DNA of 64,000 nt from Diplonema japonicum. Lineage: Eukaryota; Protista; Euglenozoa: Diplonemea. The DNA lies in contig OZ025708.1 in assembly GCA_964019335.1 (NCBI GenBank), positions 372,001 through 436,000 on the forward strand, given 5' to 3'. A program made the translations under genes and the position numbers. The notes under the pieces are model-generated. The model ran no database searches and had not been told where the DNA came from. It was given only the letters and a program-made list of their open reading frames with translations. This document shows, in pieces, positions 11,358 to 24,300 of the stretch. How positions within the stretch are numbered: position 1 is the stretch's first letter; each line of letters starts with the position of its first letter.

Positions 11358-11467
11358 ATTATTTTACGGAAACCCCCTATTACTTCACGGAAAACAGGCC
11401 ATTATTTCACCGTGAAGTAATGAGATTTAGCGTGAAGTAATGGGCCCCCCCCAGTGCGTGAAGTAAT
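11358..11467. repeat. 3+3 head-to-head array of the 11-mer ATTACTTCACG/CGTGAAGTAAT
   Basis: ATTACTTCACG-like copies at 11358 (2 mismatches), 11379 (exact) and 11401 (2 mismatches); exact CGTGAAGTAAT at 11411, 11431 and 11457. Confidence 0.85.
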
Positions 11468-11534
11468 TTCTGAAGAGTGAAATAAAAATAAAAAAAAGCG
11501 GGTGGGAGGGGGGCGGGGAAAAAAAAAAAAAAAA

Positions 11535-12416
11535 ATGAACCCCCACACACCGCAAGAAAACACCACAACACAAAACGCGGAGCAACAACAACAAACAGCG
11601 ACGAGAAGGGAGGACTACCTCAACGTGCCCTTCTCCATGCAGTACGTCGTCTGTGCGGTAATTGTATCTTTGTTCGATGAGGGGAAGGGCGCCATGGCAC
11701 TGGTCCCAAGGGAAATAGGAAAACGCCCATGGACCCTCATAACAGCAGGGTTCATGGTTGATGGGTGGCTAGGCGGCATGGTCGACGCGGTGTTCATCGT
11801 GGTGATGGCAGGTTACGTCCAGCGTGAGATGAGATGGAGCGACGGCATGGCAGCAAGGTTCATGATGGTATCCTTGGTAGGCGGGTACACCATTGTCTTG
11901 CTCACAACATGGGTTGGGTCCATCTTAGGGCTCCGCATTTTATCACAAATGTTATGGTTTGGCACGACACCTCTGATGGCCTCGTTATTCGTGATGTGCA
12001 AGGCGGTGATGCCCAGCGCTCGGCTTTTGCCGTTCTACTACTTCGCGATCTCGTTATTCTTCTTCATCATCACCCCTGCTATGGAGGTTGACAAACGGCC
12101 TGCTGGTATCGAGCCCCCTGACCTTCCTATATTCCACGGGCCCGACCTCCTTCCTGTGATATCTGGTGGTGTTGTGGCCTTGTATCATCTACGTACAACT
12201 CATGCACATGAGACCACGTTGGCATCGTTCCTTCCGGAGGGTGTGGGGCAGGCTGGTAGCCCTCCTTCTCCGTTGCTTCCCGTCTCTTCCCCATATAGTT
12301 CGGAGGACACCCTCGCCGCGAGGCAGCTGGGGCTGTCTTCCGCTCTGTCGCGGCTGCGCAACAGCATCCATGGCGACCAGCAGCAAAACGAGCCTGGTGA
12401 TAACGGTGGGGTTTGA
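11535..12416 (+). CDS. TMEM115/DUF1751-like (rhomboid-superfamily) membrane protein; true start uncertain
   Basis: Multiple TM segments, RPWTLITAGF motif, and C-terminal AARQLGLSSALSRL resembling the TMEM115 tail. Confidence 0.6.
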   Translation: MNPHTPQENTTTQNAEQQQQTATRREDYLNVPFSMQYVVCAVIVSLFDEGKGAMALVPREIGKRPWTLITAGFMVDGWLGGMVDAVFIVVMAGYVQREMRWSDGMAARFMMVSLVGGYTIVLLTTWVGSILGLRILSQMLWFGTTPLMASLFVMCKAVMPSARLLPFYYFAISLFFFIITPAMEVDKRPAGIEPPDLPIFHGPDLLPVISGGVVALYHLRTTHAHETTLASFLPEGVGQAGSPPSPLLPVSSPYSSEDTLAARQLGLSSALSRLRNSIHGDQQQNEPGDNGGV

Positions 12417-12919
12417 GGGGAGAGAGAAAGGCCCCCCCCCCCTTGGAAAAAAGAAAAAAGAAAAGAAAAAAAGCACACGGAAGTTTAAGACGGATGTCTC
12501 CGTTTTTTCTCAGTAATTATTGCCGTTTAGTATTTTTTTCTTTTTCTTATGAGAAAGGGGGGGGGGGGGGGGGGGAAGACTCTCCCACCGCTAGCCACGC
12601 GAGTTAGCACTTGTTCTCTCGACCTGCGCTTTCCGATGCCCGCCCCCGTAATCTGCCTCGCCACATGCTTACCACTCTATGATTACCACGCTTCTAGTAG
12701 TGTCTCTCCTGACAGTACGGTTACGTCTACCTTTGTTGTGTCTCCAGGTCACCTTTGATGGGGACCTGTGGCAATCGCAAAAATAAAAAAAGAAAGAAAT
12801 TGCGTAACAGGCGCAAGGTAGCAAAGTTTATCACGAAAATGCACTGACTGCTAGGACGGGCTGAAATTGCACCCCCAGGAAAAAAAAGAAAAAGAGAACA
12901 GAAAAAAAAAAAACAAATC

Positions 12920-15315
12920 ATGTTGCGTGGTGCGGTGCTTCTCGCAGCCGCCTCCGTCGCTGCTGCGCAGGGCCATGGTGCTGTTCCTGTCACAGACGAG
13001 GCGTACAAGATGAGGCCATGCAGGCCTGGCTTCGACCAGTTCGCCTTCTGCAACACGACCCTGTCGAAAGCGGAGAGGGTGGACGCACTCATCGGACTTC
13101 TGAAGGACGACGAGATCCCCGCCCTTCTCACAGCAAGGGAAGGCGGCGGTGGTTCGCCTGGCCCCCCGGGCAACATCAGCAGGCTCGGACTTCCCGCGTA
13201 CGACTGGGGTCTGAACTGCATCCACGGTGTGCAGTCCTCGTGCGTGAAGGACAGCAACGGCGAGATCTACTGCCCGACATCCTTCCCCAACCCCGTCAAC
13301 CTTGGAGCGTCTTGGAACGATTCCATGTGGAAGACCATGGGGTACGTTATTGGGAAGGAAGCTAGAGCCCTTTTCGTTGCAGGTGCCACGGAATGGAGCA
13401 ACTGGAGCGACAGACCGCACATCGGGCTCGACTGCTGGTCGCCCAACATCAACATCAACCACGACCCCCGATGGGGCCGCAACCAGGAGGTCCCCAGCGA
13501 GGACCCTATCCTCAACGGGATCTTCGGTGCGGCCATCACCAAGGGACAGCAGTTCTCCTCCGACGACCCGAAGTACGTCATGTCCATCGCGACCATCAAG
13601 CATTGGGACGCGTACTCCCTTGAAGACTCCGATGGCTTCACTCGCCACAACTTCGACGCCACGCTCAACAACTACACGTTCTCCGACACCTTCTTCCCTG
13701 CGTGGAGGAGGACTGTGAAGGACGCCGGTGCCCTGGGTGTTATGTATGAACTTTTTTTTTTTTCCTTCTTTTTCTGTAGAGTCAAACCACAAACAGGTGC
13801 TCATACAACGCTGTGAACGGTCAGCCCACCTGCGCCAACGAGTTCCTCCACGACGTTCTGAGGAACACTTTCGAGTTCAGCGGCTACGTGAGCTCTGACA
13901 CTGGTGCCGTGCAGGACATCTACGACCAGCACCACTTCGTGAAGACCCCTCAGGAGGCCGCCTGTGTTGCCATCAAGGCGCAGACCGACATCGACAGTGG
14001 GAAGGTGTACCACGACGCACTCCTCTCGGGCGTGCAGCAGGGACTGTGCACCATGGACGACGTGAAGCAGGCGTTGAGGAACACCTTCGGCCTGCTCTTC
14101 GACATGGGGCTGTTCGACCCCGTCGACAACCAGCCTTACTGGAACTACAACGTGGATGTGATTGGGATGGAGCACCACCAGGCTGCCGCCAAGCAGGCCG
14201 CAAAGGAGTCCATGGTTCTGTTGAAGAACAACAACACCCTCCCCCTCGCGAAGGGCAAGAAGATCGCCGTCATCGGGCCCCACTACAACAGCACCCAGAT
14301 GATGGTTGGGAACTACTACGGGCAGATCTGCAAGGACAACACCTTCAACTGTGTTGAGACCATCTACAACGCCATCAAGAGGTACAACCAGGGCGGTTCA
14401 ACCACAGCAGCACAAGGGTGCTCCATCACTGGGTCCTCGACTAATGGTTTCCCTGCTGCCATGTCGCTTGTTGAAGAGGCGGACATCGTGGTGTTGGCCA
14501 TTGGTATCGACGAGTCTGTTGAAGCGGAGTCCCACGACAGGACAGCGATCGACCTCCCGGGGGTGCAGCAGCAACTGGTGAGCCAGGTGCTCGCCAAGGC
14601 GAACTCCATGGGGAAGAAGACGGCAATGGTCATGATGAACGGTGGAATGGTCGCACTTGGCAGCCTCCCAAGCACATCGGGCGCGCTTCTTGAGGCGTTC
14701 TACCCGTCCATCTACGGGGGTGACGCCATCGCGTCGACCCTCTTCGGAGAAAACACCATGCTCGGCGGTAAGATGCCGTACACTGTGTACCCGGCTGACT
14801 ACATCAACGAGATCACAATGGACAAGATGAGTATGAACGACGTCCAGACCCCTGGTAGGTCGTACAAATACTACACTGGTCCCACGGAGTTCGATTTCGG
14901 GTTCGGTCTGTCCTTCACCACGTTCGAGCTTGCTGTTGTGACCGCGCCTTCAAGCATGTCATGTGAATCTACTGCAACGGCGACCGTTGCTATCAAGGTG
15001 ACCAACACCGGGAAGGTGGAGGGTGACGAGGTTGTGCAGCTATTCAGGAAGGGTGGGACCGGGGGCACGAATGGAATCCCTGTGGCGAAGCAGCTTGTTG
15101 CCTTCAAGAGGGTGCACCTCTCCCCTGGTGCGTCCACCACTGTTACATTCAGCATTTCCCGTGCTGATTTTGCGGATGTCATGGACAACGGAAACCGTGT
15201 CTGCAGCCCCGCCACCCGTGACCTGATCGCCAGCAACGGGAATGACCAGGTTCTTACAATTCCGTTCTCAACAACGGGAAGTACCGCCACTGTGGCGGTC
15301 TTCCCTATGGTTTAG
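12920..15315 (+). CDS. secreted glycoside hydrolase family 3 (beta-xylosidase-like) with C-terminal Fn3-like domain
   Basis: Signal peptide, WSPNININHDPRWGRNQE.PSEDP, KHW, GYVSSD nucleophile and FGFGLSFT. Intron 13744-13796 restores GVMCSYNAVNG. Confidence 0.95.
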
Positions 15316-16377
15316 AAAATGCAGGGGGGGGGGGGGGGGGGGGTGGCAATCAAATAGGGTGTTCTTAAACCTCGATGATGGAAAAAAAAAGTGTTCCCCC
15401 CCCCCCCCCCACCTCCCCTTCCTCCTTTTTTTTTCTTTTTGTTTTCTCATGGTCAAAGCATTGGGGGTATAAAAAAAAAAGAAAGGAAACAAAAAAAAAT
15501 TTTTTTTTCTCGCTTCGCTGAGCAAGGAGGGGGGTAGAGGGGGAGAAAAAAAAGGAAGTGGGATGGGGGGGGGGAATATAAAAAAATTTAAAAAAAAATG
15601 GGGAAAAAAAAAACGTTTACCTTCTTTTTTTTTTCTTTCTTTTGTTTCATTTTTTTTCGCTCTTTCCACCCCCCCTCAAGAAAAATCCTTTTTTTTTAGG
15701 GAAAAAAAAAAAAAAAACAACTTGGTGATCGAAGTAAAAAAAGCAGGCGCCTCGGGGGGGGGGATAAAAAAGCTGACCAGAAGAGAAATTGAATTTTCTA
15801 AAAAAGAGGGAACAAAAAAGGGAATGGGGGTGGCGCGAAGGAAAAACAATCGAGGCACGAGGGGGGACGAGGAAACACAGAAAGAATAGATCACTCTTTC
15901 TTCTGTGTTCTCTTCTTTCGGTCCTTCCTCCGAAGACCCTTTAGTTCTTCTTAGTCTTTGATTCCCTTCCCTCCACCCTTCTTTTTTCTTTCTTCCTTCT
16001 TGATTTCATCATTGTCTTCTGGGTTTTTTGTTTCTCCCCTTCACCCCACTCTGCCAAACTGTCATTCTTCTCCGCAAATTTACTTTTTTGTTTCCTCATT
16101 CGATTCTTTGTGGATATACTGCAAACCTTCTTCTTTTTTTTTTTTTTTTTTTTTTTTTTTTCCCCGGGAAAAAAAAATAAAAAATAAAAGTCGAAGTTTG
16201 CAGTATCAACACAAAGGTCCTTTCATGGGTCCAAAAAAAAAAAATTATAAAAAATTATAAAAAAAAAAAGAGATCGCTCAAAGGAAGGAGTGGGGGGGGG
16301 GGAAAAAAATCGTCTTTATATTTTACTTTTTCTGGGAAAAAAAAAATTCTTTTATTCAGTCACATCAGGACACAGAA

Positions 16378-17112
16378 TGCCCTCTGCTGAGGGAAACGAC
16401 ACAGAGAGATACACCAAGGCCGTTAAAGAGGAAGAGGATGCGGCAATTCGGAAATACAAAGGGAAAATCGGGGCGAAAGAATGGGAAGAACTATGTCTTG
16501 CAGTCGTGAATGCAGGAAATGGCCGATTCGCCACAAAAGCAGAAAAATGTAAAAAACTGGAAGAAAGCCTAAAAGACTTCCTAGGGTGTGTCCCGGAACA
16601 GCACAGCTGGACACTAGGTGACGATGCCCAAGGGGTGGACAACTCTCACACCGACCGATCAGGATGCCTCCTCCCCCCTACCTACCACTACGACAGGGCG
16701 TTATTTAAATCCGTTGCCTCCCCTGCCGCGGAACAACCGCCTTACTTAGAAGATCTGATCCGCGACTGGGACCTACTTGCATTCTTAAAACTTGGGAAGG
16801 ACGACCCTATATCCGCGGATCTGGCGTCAGCTTCAGAGCCCGATTGGTGGGCATACGCAGTGATGTGCCACAGGGGGCTGTGCCCCGATAATTAGTCTTC
16901 TTTTTTTTTAAAAGGGTCAAGTCGCTCACAGCGATCGGAGGGGCTGCAATAGGCTTCAACAGGAGACCGATCTCCGCATCAAGACAGACAGCGCAAAAGC
17001 TACAGGAGTTGAAAGGGACATACAAGAAAGACCGCGTGTCGAAACTACGAAAAGCTTTAAAGGCAACAATAGGAACGAAGGCTGTGCTCCAGAAGGGGAG
17101 CATGAATAGATA
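16378..17112 (+). CDS. hypothetical protein, probably two exons (second exon after AG at 16914; donor uncertain)
   Basis: Coding-like ORF from ATG 16378. An open frame resumes after ttttaaaag at 16914 (VKSLTAIGG...SMNR*). No family recognised. Confidence 0.45.
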
Positions 17113-17230
17113 GGAACTCAGACCACAGGAGGCTGTCCTCAAAGTGGGATTGTCTTTTACTATGAGTTTTTTTTTTTTTTTTTTTTTTTTTTCCTGAAAA
17201 AAAAAAAAAAAGAAGAAGAAAAAAAAAAAA

Positions 17231-17823
17231 ATGTTGCTCGCGCTTACCTGCACCGCGCTCGCCACGCTGCCCGTGTACCAAATACAGGAAAACAGGAACA
17301 TTGAACCTTGTTCCGTGCCCCCTTACACCGCACACGTACAGAGCTGGAAGGAGTGTCAGGATGCCTTGCTGCAGCTGCGGCCCACGGTGGCAACCGTCGT
17401 GAACTCACCATCCATGGCCCTGGGGAGAACCTTCAACAGGGGTTGTTACTTCTACCCGAAAAGGTTACGAGAATACCTGCAAGCTGGGTACTGGAACGAG
17501 GTCACCAGAAACGTGAAAATAAACTATGTAGGGGGCTCTGGTGCGGGGGTGTGCAAGCATGAAGTACCTGCGAGCATCGCTGACGAGATGGTGCCCAACG
17601 AACTGAAGAGAACACTAAGGGAGAAGCTGCCCACATCGAAGTTAGTGAGGCGGGCTAACGTGTCCGTTATTTTGGTTACGAAGAGGGAGGACGTAACACA
17701 AGTGATGGATGGCATCACGAAACAGAAGAAAACCTTTTCGGCTATGAGCGAGAAATTCTCAAAGCTCGACACCGCTACAGGAGGGGCTGTGGGGTTTGTC
17801 TATGAAGGGACCTTGGTATGGAG

Positions 17824-17857
<34 letters not shown>

Positions 17858-18136
17858 AACCAAACGTCAACGATGCTATCTTCTCAGGAAAGGCCCCCTT
17901 GGTTGTCGAAAATTTGTTTGGGGGGGTCCAGACAAATGCCGGGTACTTTGTGGTATGAAGATTTCAAAAAAAAAAAAAAAACCTAGATCCTTGTGCACGA
18001 ATTGGGGCCTGAAATCGATCTCAGCGAAGCCGCAAGAGAGGATGAGAAGCTCAATGATGAGGTGGCCTTGAATGGTGTTTACATCTCATACGGGCTGAGC
18101 AGACCCGCCATGCTTCGTGACCAAGAAGAGCTCTGA
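17231..18136 (+). CDS. signal-peptide protein with degenerate parvulin/PpiC (rotamase) domain and C-terminal QEEL
   Basis: N-terminal MLLALTCTALA. Introns 17816-17856 and 17953-17986 give FSAMSEKFS..TATGGAVGFVYEGTL|EPNVNDAIF...VQTNAGYFV|ILVHE...RDQEEL*. Confidence 0.72.
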
Positions 18137-18387
18137 TTTCAAATTTAAGAATTTCGTGGGACTTGTCCCCCCAATCGTGTATTTTTTTTTTATTTTTTTC
18201 TCTTTTTTTTTTTTTTTCAAACCCAATCTCCACAGGACACAAGCTTTTTTTTTTCCCCCCCTCTCTCTTCCATTTAGCACAGATTTTATAAATAAAAAAA
18301 GAAAGAAAACCAGGAAGAGAAAAAAAAAAAAAAAAAAAAAAAACTAGCCCCCTCGTCTCTGTTTAAGAAAGCGTTTTAAAAGAAAAA

Positions 18388-21300
18388 ATGAGCCGTCCTC
18401 CCTTTTGGCGTGCGAGCCCTTTTGTAGGGTTACTAGCAGACCCATACGTTAATGCAACACCCCTGGGGCAAGGGCATGTAGCTTACTCAATGAGCGATTT
18501 GGAAGAGGGGCTTCGGAGCATAGTGAAAGAAGGCAACCACAGCACGAAAAGCTTGCTGGGGTGCGTGGGTGACGAGGAATGGAAAGCGATCCCGAAAATC
18601 GCGGAACTCTTCGCCGAGTGCCTGGAGTGGTCCACCGACCTTTTCAAAGCCGATAAGCCTGAAAAAGTTCTCCCTTTCGCGTCAAAAATCTCAACCAAAA
18701 TCACCAATCTCCCAGTGGGCAAAACCCTCCTCTGCCCCGCTGGCTGGGTGTCCCTCAACAACGCAGGCACTCTAATGTACATCATCACCCACGACACCTC
18801 TGGATCCTACAGTTTAGTTGCATGCAATGGCGGTGCAGGCCTGAAATACCACCCCTCCCTCGCGACCGCCGATAAGATTAAATACAAAACGTGCGTTAAA
18901 ATCAGTAGAATACCTACAAAACGCATTGCAGACCCGTCTTTCTGGCTCTTCAACTTCCTGCTCTTTACAAAGGACCCCCCTTCTGAGTACAGCCGTGTGG
19001 AGGTTATCTACGATATGCTGCTCCCATGGATGGCGGAGTTCACCACCGAGCACCCGGAGGAGCCGTCTCGGAGTGATAATGAGCTGTCGAGTATTATGTC
19101 GAAGTTCAGCGTTCCGAAGAGTAGTGCTGCACCTGCATTAACATCGTCGTTGGGGGGGTCTTTGCTTGCAGCTATGAATCAACCGGTGCCTGCAGCGCCG
19201 GTGCAGCAACAACAACAACCAGCTTCCGCTGGAAAACCCGCCTTCGGGCTTGGCGCGTCACTCCTAGCCGCTCTTGAAACGCCGTCTGTTGCATCTACCG
19301 CCCCGTCAAAACCTATCCACCCCCGACTCCTCTCTGAAGCATGGCGGGAAACAGAAGCCGACCCTCACGCGAAATGGCGAACACGATGCCGGACTGCCGC
19401 GCACTGGAAGTCCGTGTGGGAGTGTTGCCGGTACCTCCTTTCCATGGAGGGCCTCAACGAGGACTGCTTGAAGCAGATGTCCCTCGCGTTGCGGAAAGAG
19501 TTTTTGGTGAAGGCCGCCACCGATCTCCTGAAGTCGCTGAAGTCCGACCACCCGCTCATCAACGAGCTGAAGGACCGCCACGGTGCCGACTACACCCCCT
19601 TGCAACTTGGCATCCTGCAAGAAACGCTTGAAAAGGCAGGCAAAGCCCTCATCACAAACGAAGGCGATTCACTAACCGCTGCCGACATCCTGTCTTCCGG
19701 GATCACTGTGATCGGTATTTATGTAAGCGGTTCGTGGTGCAACCCGTGCAAGGCGTTCACACCGCATTTGATTAGGCAGTACGAAACAGTGCTTAAAAAG
19801 AAAGGTTTTGAGGTGATCTTCGTGTCCGCCGACAAATCGCAAGCTGAGTTCAACACGTACTTCGGGTCGATGCCGTGGCCCGCGGTGCCCTACGAAGCAG
19901 GCGGGGCGATGGCGAAGCTCCTCGGCGCCACCGGAATCCCTTCTCTTTACCTATTTGACGCAGCTGACGGCACGCTGATCACGGACAACGGTGTGAATGC
20001 GATCATGTCCCACGGGGCGACCTTTCCATGGGCTGACAGGTCCATCCTTCGGCCGAGGATTGCCGACGACGACGCAAGACTGCTCAACATAGGAACCGAA
20101 CAGCTTGCAAGGAAAGCACTGAAGGAATACAAGAAGAACCGTCTTTCCGAAGGCAGCCTGCACGCCATCCATGCACTGTGCGATGCCATTCTTCGTGCTG
20201 CCGATGCGTCCCGCGAACCCGACGACGCACCAACACTCATGAAGTCCTCGGAGACGGATCTTGGGATCAACAAGGTTGTGCTGAAGGGAGACCACGACCC
20301 ACCCGGTGACGTTGCGCTTAAAGGCACCGTTATTGTCGAGAAGCTGAAGGGTTGGAAACATTTCGGCGAGAAGAACACAAAACCGTTCGAGGGGCACAAA
20401 GCTCTGCAAGACGTACCCGCTGTGACCGACATGCTCAGCATACCTTCGTCGGTGGCGAACATAGACGAAGCGCTCTCAGCACTTATCAAATGCGAGTCTG
20501 TGTGCGACAACCTTGTGGTGCGTGCGACGGAGTCGTCGACGACAAGCAGGATCGTGCTGCACTTGCAAGCGATCGCCGCCATCAGCGGGATCTTCAACTA
20601 TGTGATCCCCCTGCCGAAGCCGAGGCTTGACAAGTCGTGCATCTGGCAGCAAAAGTTCAAAGGTGGTGTCGCCGATCAGAAGACCTGCCTCCACACTCTT
20701 CATAAGCTGATGATTATTTACGTCACAGTGTGGCAGTCCGTCGAGCGCCCCACGCGAGGCGACGACAGCGAGCGGTTCCTTGTCGTGTCCGCCATCCACG
20801 CAGTTTTCGACGCGGCTGTCCGCCAAATCTACGGCGATGCCGACACCCTGCTCCTCTCTGCCATCATGGCCGAAGACGGCGGTTGCTACGTCAGCACCAA
20901 GCTGTGCCAGGACGGGAGGAGCTACGAGTCAGTAGCGAAGTCCCTCGAGCTCGAGGTACCCCGGTACGCCGTGACGCTCGGTTCCGTTCTGTCGTACTTC
21001 AAGTCCGTAGAGCAGGAGAACCAAACGGAGATCTTCGACTGGAGGGAGCCTGAGAAGATCGAGCTGAGGAAGTATGGCGCCACATGTATGTTCTTGAGGA
21101 AACTGATGGAACGTGCCGGATACGCCCTGATCCCCGAGGGGCAGCCCAACCCACCCTGCGAGATGGAAGCCTTAGTGAACTGGCTGACACAGAATGATAC
21201 ACAGCTTGCGATGGACCACCCGCAGTTTGGTTTCATGCGTGATGTGTCCGCGATGTTTAGATTCGCGGCGACGATGGAAACACGCGAGACGGAGCTGCTG

Positions 21301-24300
21301 AGGCGGAGGAAGGACGCAACGATGCAGTACTGGCGGCTGTCCTTTGACGACTCGCTGGGAAGGCGAGGGGGCGCGCTGTGGATGTCGCGAAGGCCAGGCA
21401 TCCACTGGGACACAGCAGGCATCCGTGGCATCGACATGGACATCGCAGATATCACCATCACAGGCTTCGGCGGAAGAGAACTGCGGTGGGGCGAGGGGCC
21501 AGTGGTGCAGTCACCTGCCGACATCGAGAGGATCTTGGAAATGAAGGACATCACAGAGGACGACGTGGTGCACTGCCAGAGGCTGCCAACATACGGCGAG
21601 ACGCTTTCGCGTGAGGAGTCGGAGCGCCTCATGTCCGCTTTGACAGTGAGGTACCTCACAGTGCCTCTAGTGCTGGACTTCTTTTCTACTATGGACAGGC
21701 ACACGTACCTCTTCAACCCCGGCATGCAATCGTTGCTGCGTGCAGTGCTCTTCGAGCCCGGTTCATGGATCGCCGAAGGGTGCGACAAGGTGATCCCCCA
21801 TGTCCCTTTGAGGCAAACAGCGCTTCAGAGGAAGGAAGCCTCCGTTGCGGCAAGTATGGATGCTACTTTCAAGAACTTTGACGAGAAGCTGCTCGGCACG
21901 CCTCATGGCCTGCTGCTCAATGAGCTGAAGCACTCGCCGCACGCAGTGCTACAGCCTCTGTTGTCCATCACGAAGGCCAGTCTCGACGATCTCAGCGCTT
22001 GCTCTGTGTACTCTTCAAATGCGCACTTTATGTGCTACCTGCTGAGTCTGCTGCTGGATGTCTACGAGTACACCAAGTTTGCACTTGACGTGGCAGATGA
22101 AAAACAGATCCCCGAGCTGGAGAAGGGTGCTGGCATGCTCCGTACTGCCCTTGAGACGCGCTTCTTGGAGATGCTGAGAAGATGGACGGAGGAAGCGGAG
22201 GCGGCGAACGACATGTCGACCTCTGCAGTGATGCACTCTTTCCTTGCGATGATCAAGTCGCACGAGGACAGCACTGAAGGCGTGAAACACATGGTGGGCT
22301 CCGCTGCGTATATCAGGAACTGGCACGGCTTTGGCCTTGGTAGGCTGAGGTCCGACATCTTGTCTGACTCTGACGAGGAGATGACTGCAGAGCAAAGGCT
22401 GCTGAGGTTCCTCCAGGCGCAGGGCATCGACACGCAACACATGGCGGCCGGTGCTTTGGACAAGTTCGTCAGCACAACAGGCAGAAGCAGGCCCCTCTTC
22501 CTCCACATCGGTAGGGAGGTGATCAGGGTTCCCACACTGCTCCGCACGGCAGCGGGCACTGAAATCGACGCTCAGACGGCAAAGCTCCCCCCATGGGACA
22601 TGCCTGAGATAAAGGTCTTCCGCACACTCCACCAGCACCGCTCTCGTTTGTCCACATCGATCAAGGTTATGGAAGCCGAGGGACGTGACGGCTTGTTGAA
22701 TGACGCCGTCAGGGTGGCTCTTCGGAACCCTGAATTCACGTACAACGGATGGGCCACGTCCAACAACGACAGGTACTCCGCTGCACGAGCAGAGCTTCAC
22801 GTGGACGTGCAGGGCTGCGAGGTGCTGTGGCGGAACGACGCTCTGCGCCCTGTCCCGGACAGCATGACGCAGTTCCCAGACTTCGAAACCATCTTCGGGA
22901 GGGAGCCCCTGCACTGCGGTGTTGTGAAGAAATATCGTCACAAGCACTGGGTGCACATCGTGGGCACGGAGTATGACCTTGCTGAGTGGGACGAACCGGG
23001 GCCTGGCAACCTAGGGGCAGGGTTCCCTGTACCTGTGAAGAAGGATGGAGACGAAGAGCTAGCTGCAAAGCTGCAGCAAGAAGAAGAAGCAGAGAACACA
23101 ATGACCTCTATGTGGCAGAGGCATAAGAAGCGACGCGGTGAAGACGAGCCCTACGTGAAGGTCGATGACGGGGTAACGTTTGAGGGTGTGATGTACAACA
23201 GGGCACTGGACCCGTATTCAAAGGACCCGCACCCCGAGCCCACGGAGGACTGGGCCGTGGCGATCATCCGCAAAGTGGTGCAGACCCTGTTCCCCATGGA
23301 GGGCGGAAGCCCCTTGAAGTTTAAGTTTTATCTCCCCGACGTCTTCGCCGAGAAGGATGCGAACATGATAACACTACTGGGGTGCGATGGTGCGACGGAT
23401 GAGAACCTTACTTGGAAGGAGGCCAGGGTGTACAAGGACACGGAGGTCATGGACGTGTGGATGCTCAGCTCGCACGGAAGGAGGCTGTACAAGTCGCTGA
23501 TCTTCTCGTCGAATGCAAGGCTGTCCCTGCATAACTTAACCCCCGACCCTGATAAGGCGTACAAGCCGTCTGTGCTGCGCCACGTTGCTGGTAATTTAAA
23601 GCAACGCCGCAACCAAGGCCCCTCACTGGTTATCACCAGGCTTTCCAAGAAGCTGAACGGGACGGAGACGTACGTGCCCCCCATGCAGCTGCAAGGTTTG
23701 GTGCCCTCCGCCTTCCTAGAGACCTTCAACATGTGGATGGGTGAGGACGACATCATCAGAGGCGAGCCCATCGACGCGTCCTCATCGTGGTTTGACTACA
23801 CGTTCGAAGTGCACATCAACACAAGAGAAGGGACTGCCATGGTCCACAGGAGGGCCGTCAGCGCAGGGTTCACACTCATCAACGAAAACGCAGGCGAGGG
23901 CCACCTATTTAGGAACGAGACCGACGAACAACCAGAGCCTGCCAAGCAGCCTGACGTTAAGGTGTCCGAAGAGAACATAAAGGCGATGCTCGAGCTCGGC
24001 TTTGGACACTCTGAGGTTGTTGTGAAACATGCGTTGGTGAAGTGTGATAACTCGAAGGACCTTGCAGCACAGTGGCTGATGGACGACACACATGTCGCAG
24101 AGATCGCTGAAGTGATCGAAGCTGCGAGTAAACAACAAGACACCCCCATGCCCGATTCTCCCGCGGACGAACAGGACACCGAGATGGCAGGGGAGGGCGA
24201 AGTTCTCACCAAGTCACTGAACCCCACATCCCCGCAGAGGAGCAAGAAAGACGATCTTGCATGGCTGCCACTTCTCGTCGAGGAAGGCTTCGCTGAGGAG

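Larger units (their letters stand above)
10000..11467 (-). mobile_element. degenerate Crypton-like tyrosine-recombinase DNA element (boundaries approximate)
   Basis: Non-homopolymeric island containing a frameshifted minus-strand YR gene, 56-bp direct repeats and an inverted 11-bp motif array at the right end. Confidence 0.75.

Noticed and set aside
11358-11467. CRISPR-like repeat/spacer array
   Set aside because: Repeats are only 11 bp, switch orientation, have 9-15 bp spacers, and there are no cas genes in this eukaryotic context.
12575-12880. Complex island; minus strand has KVDVTVLSGET, loosely like a LINE endonuclease motif
   Set aside because: Too short and interrupted by stops; cannot be supported without a search.
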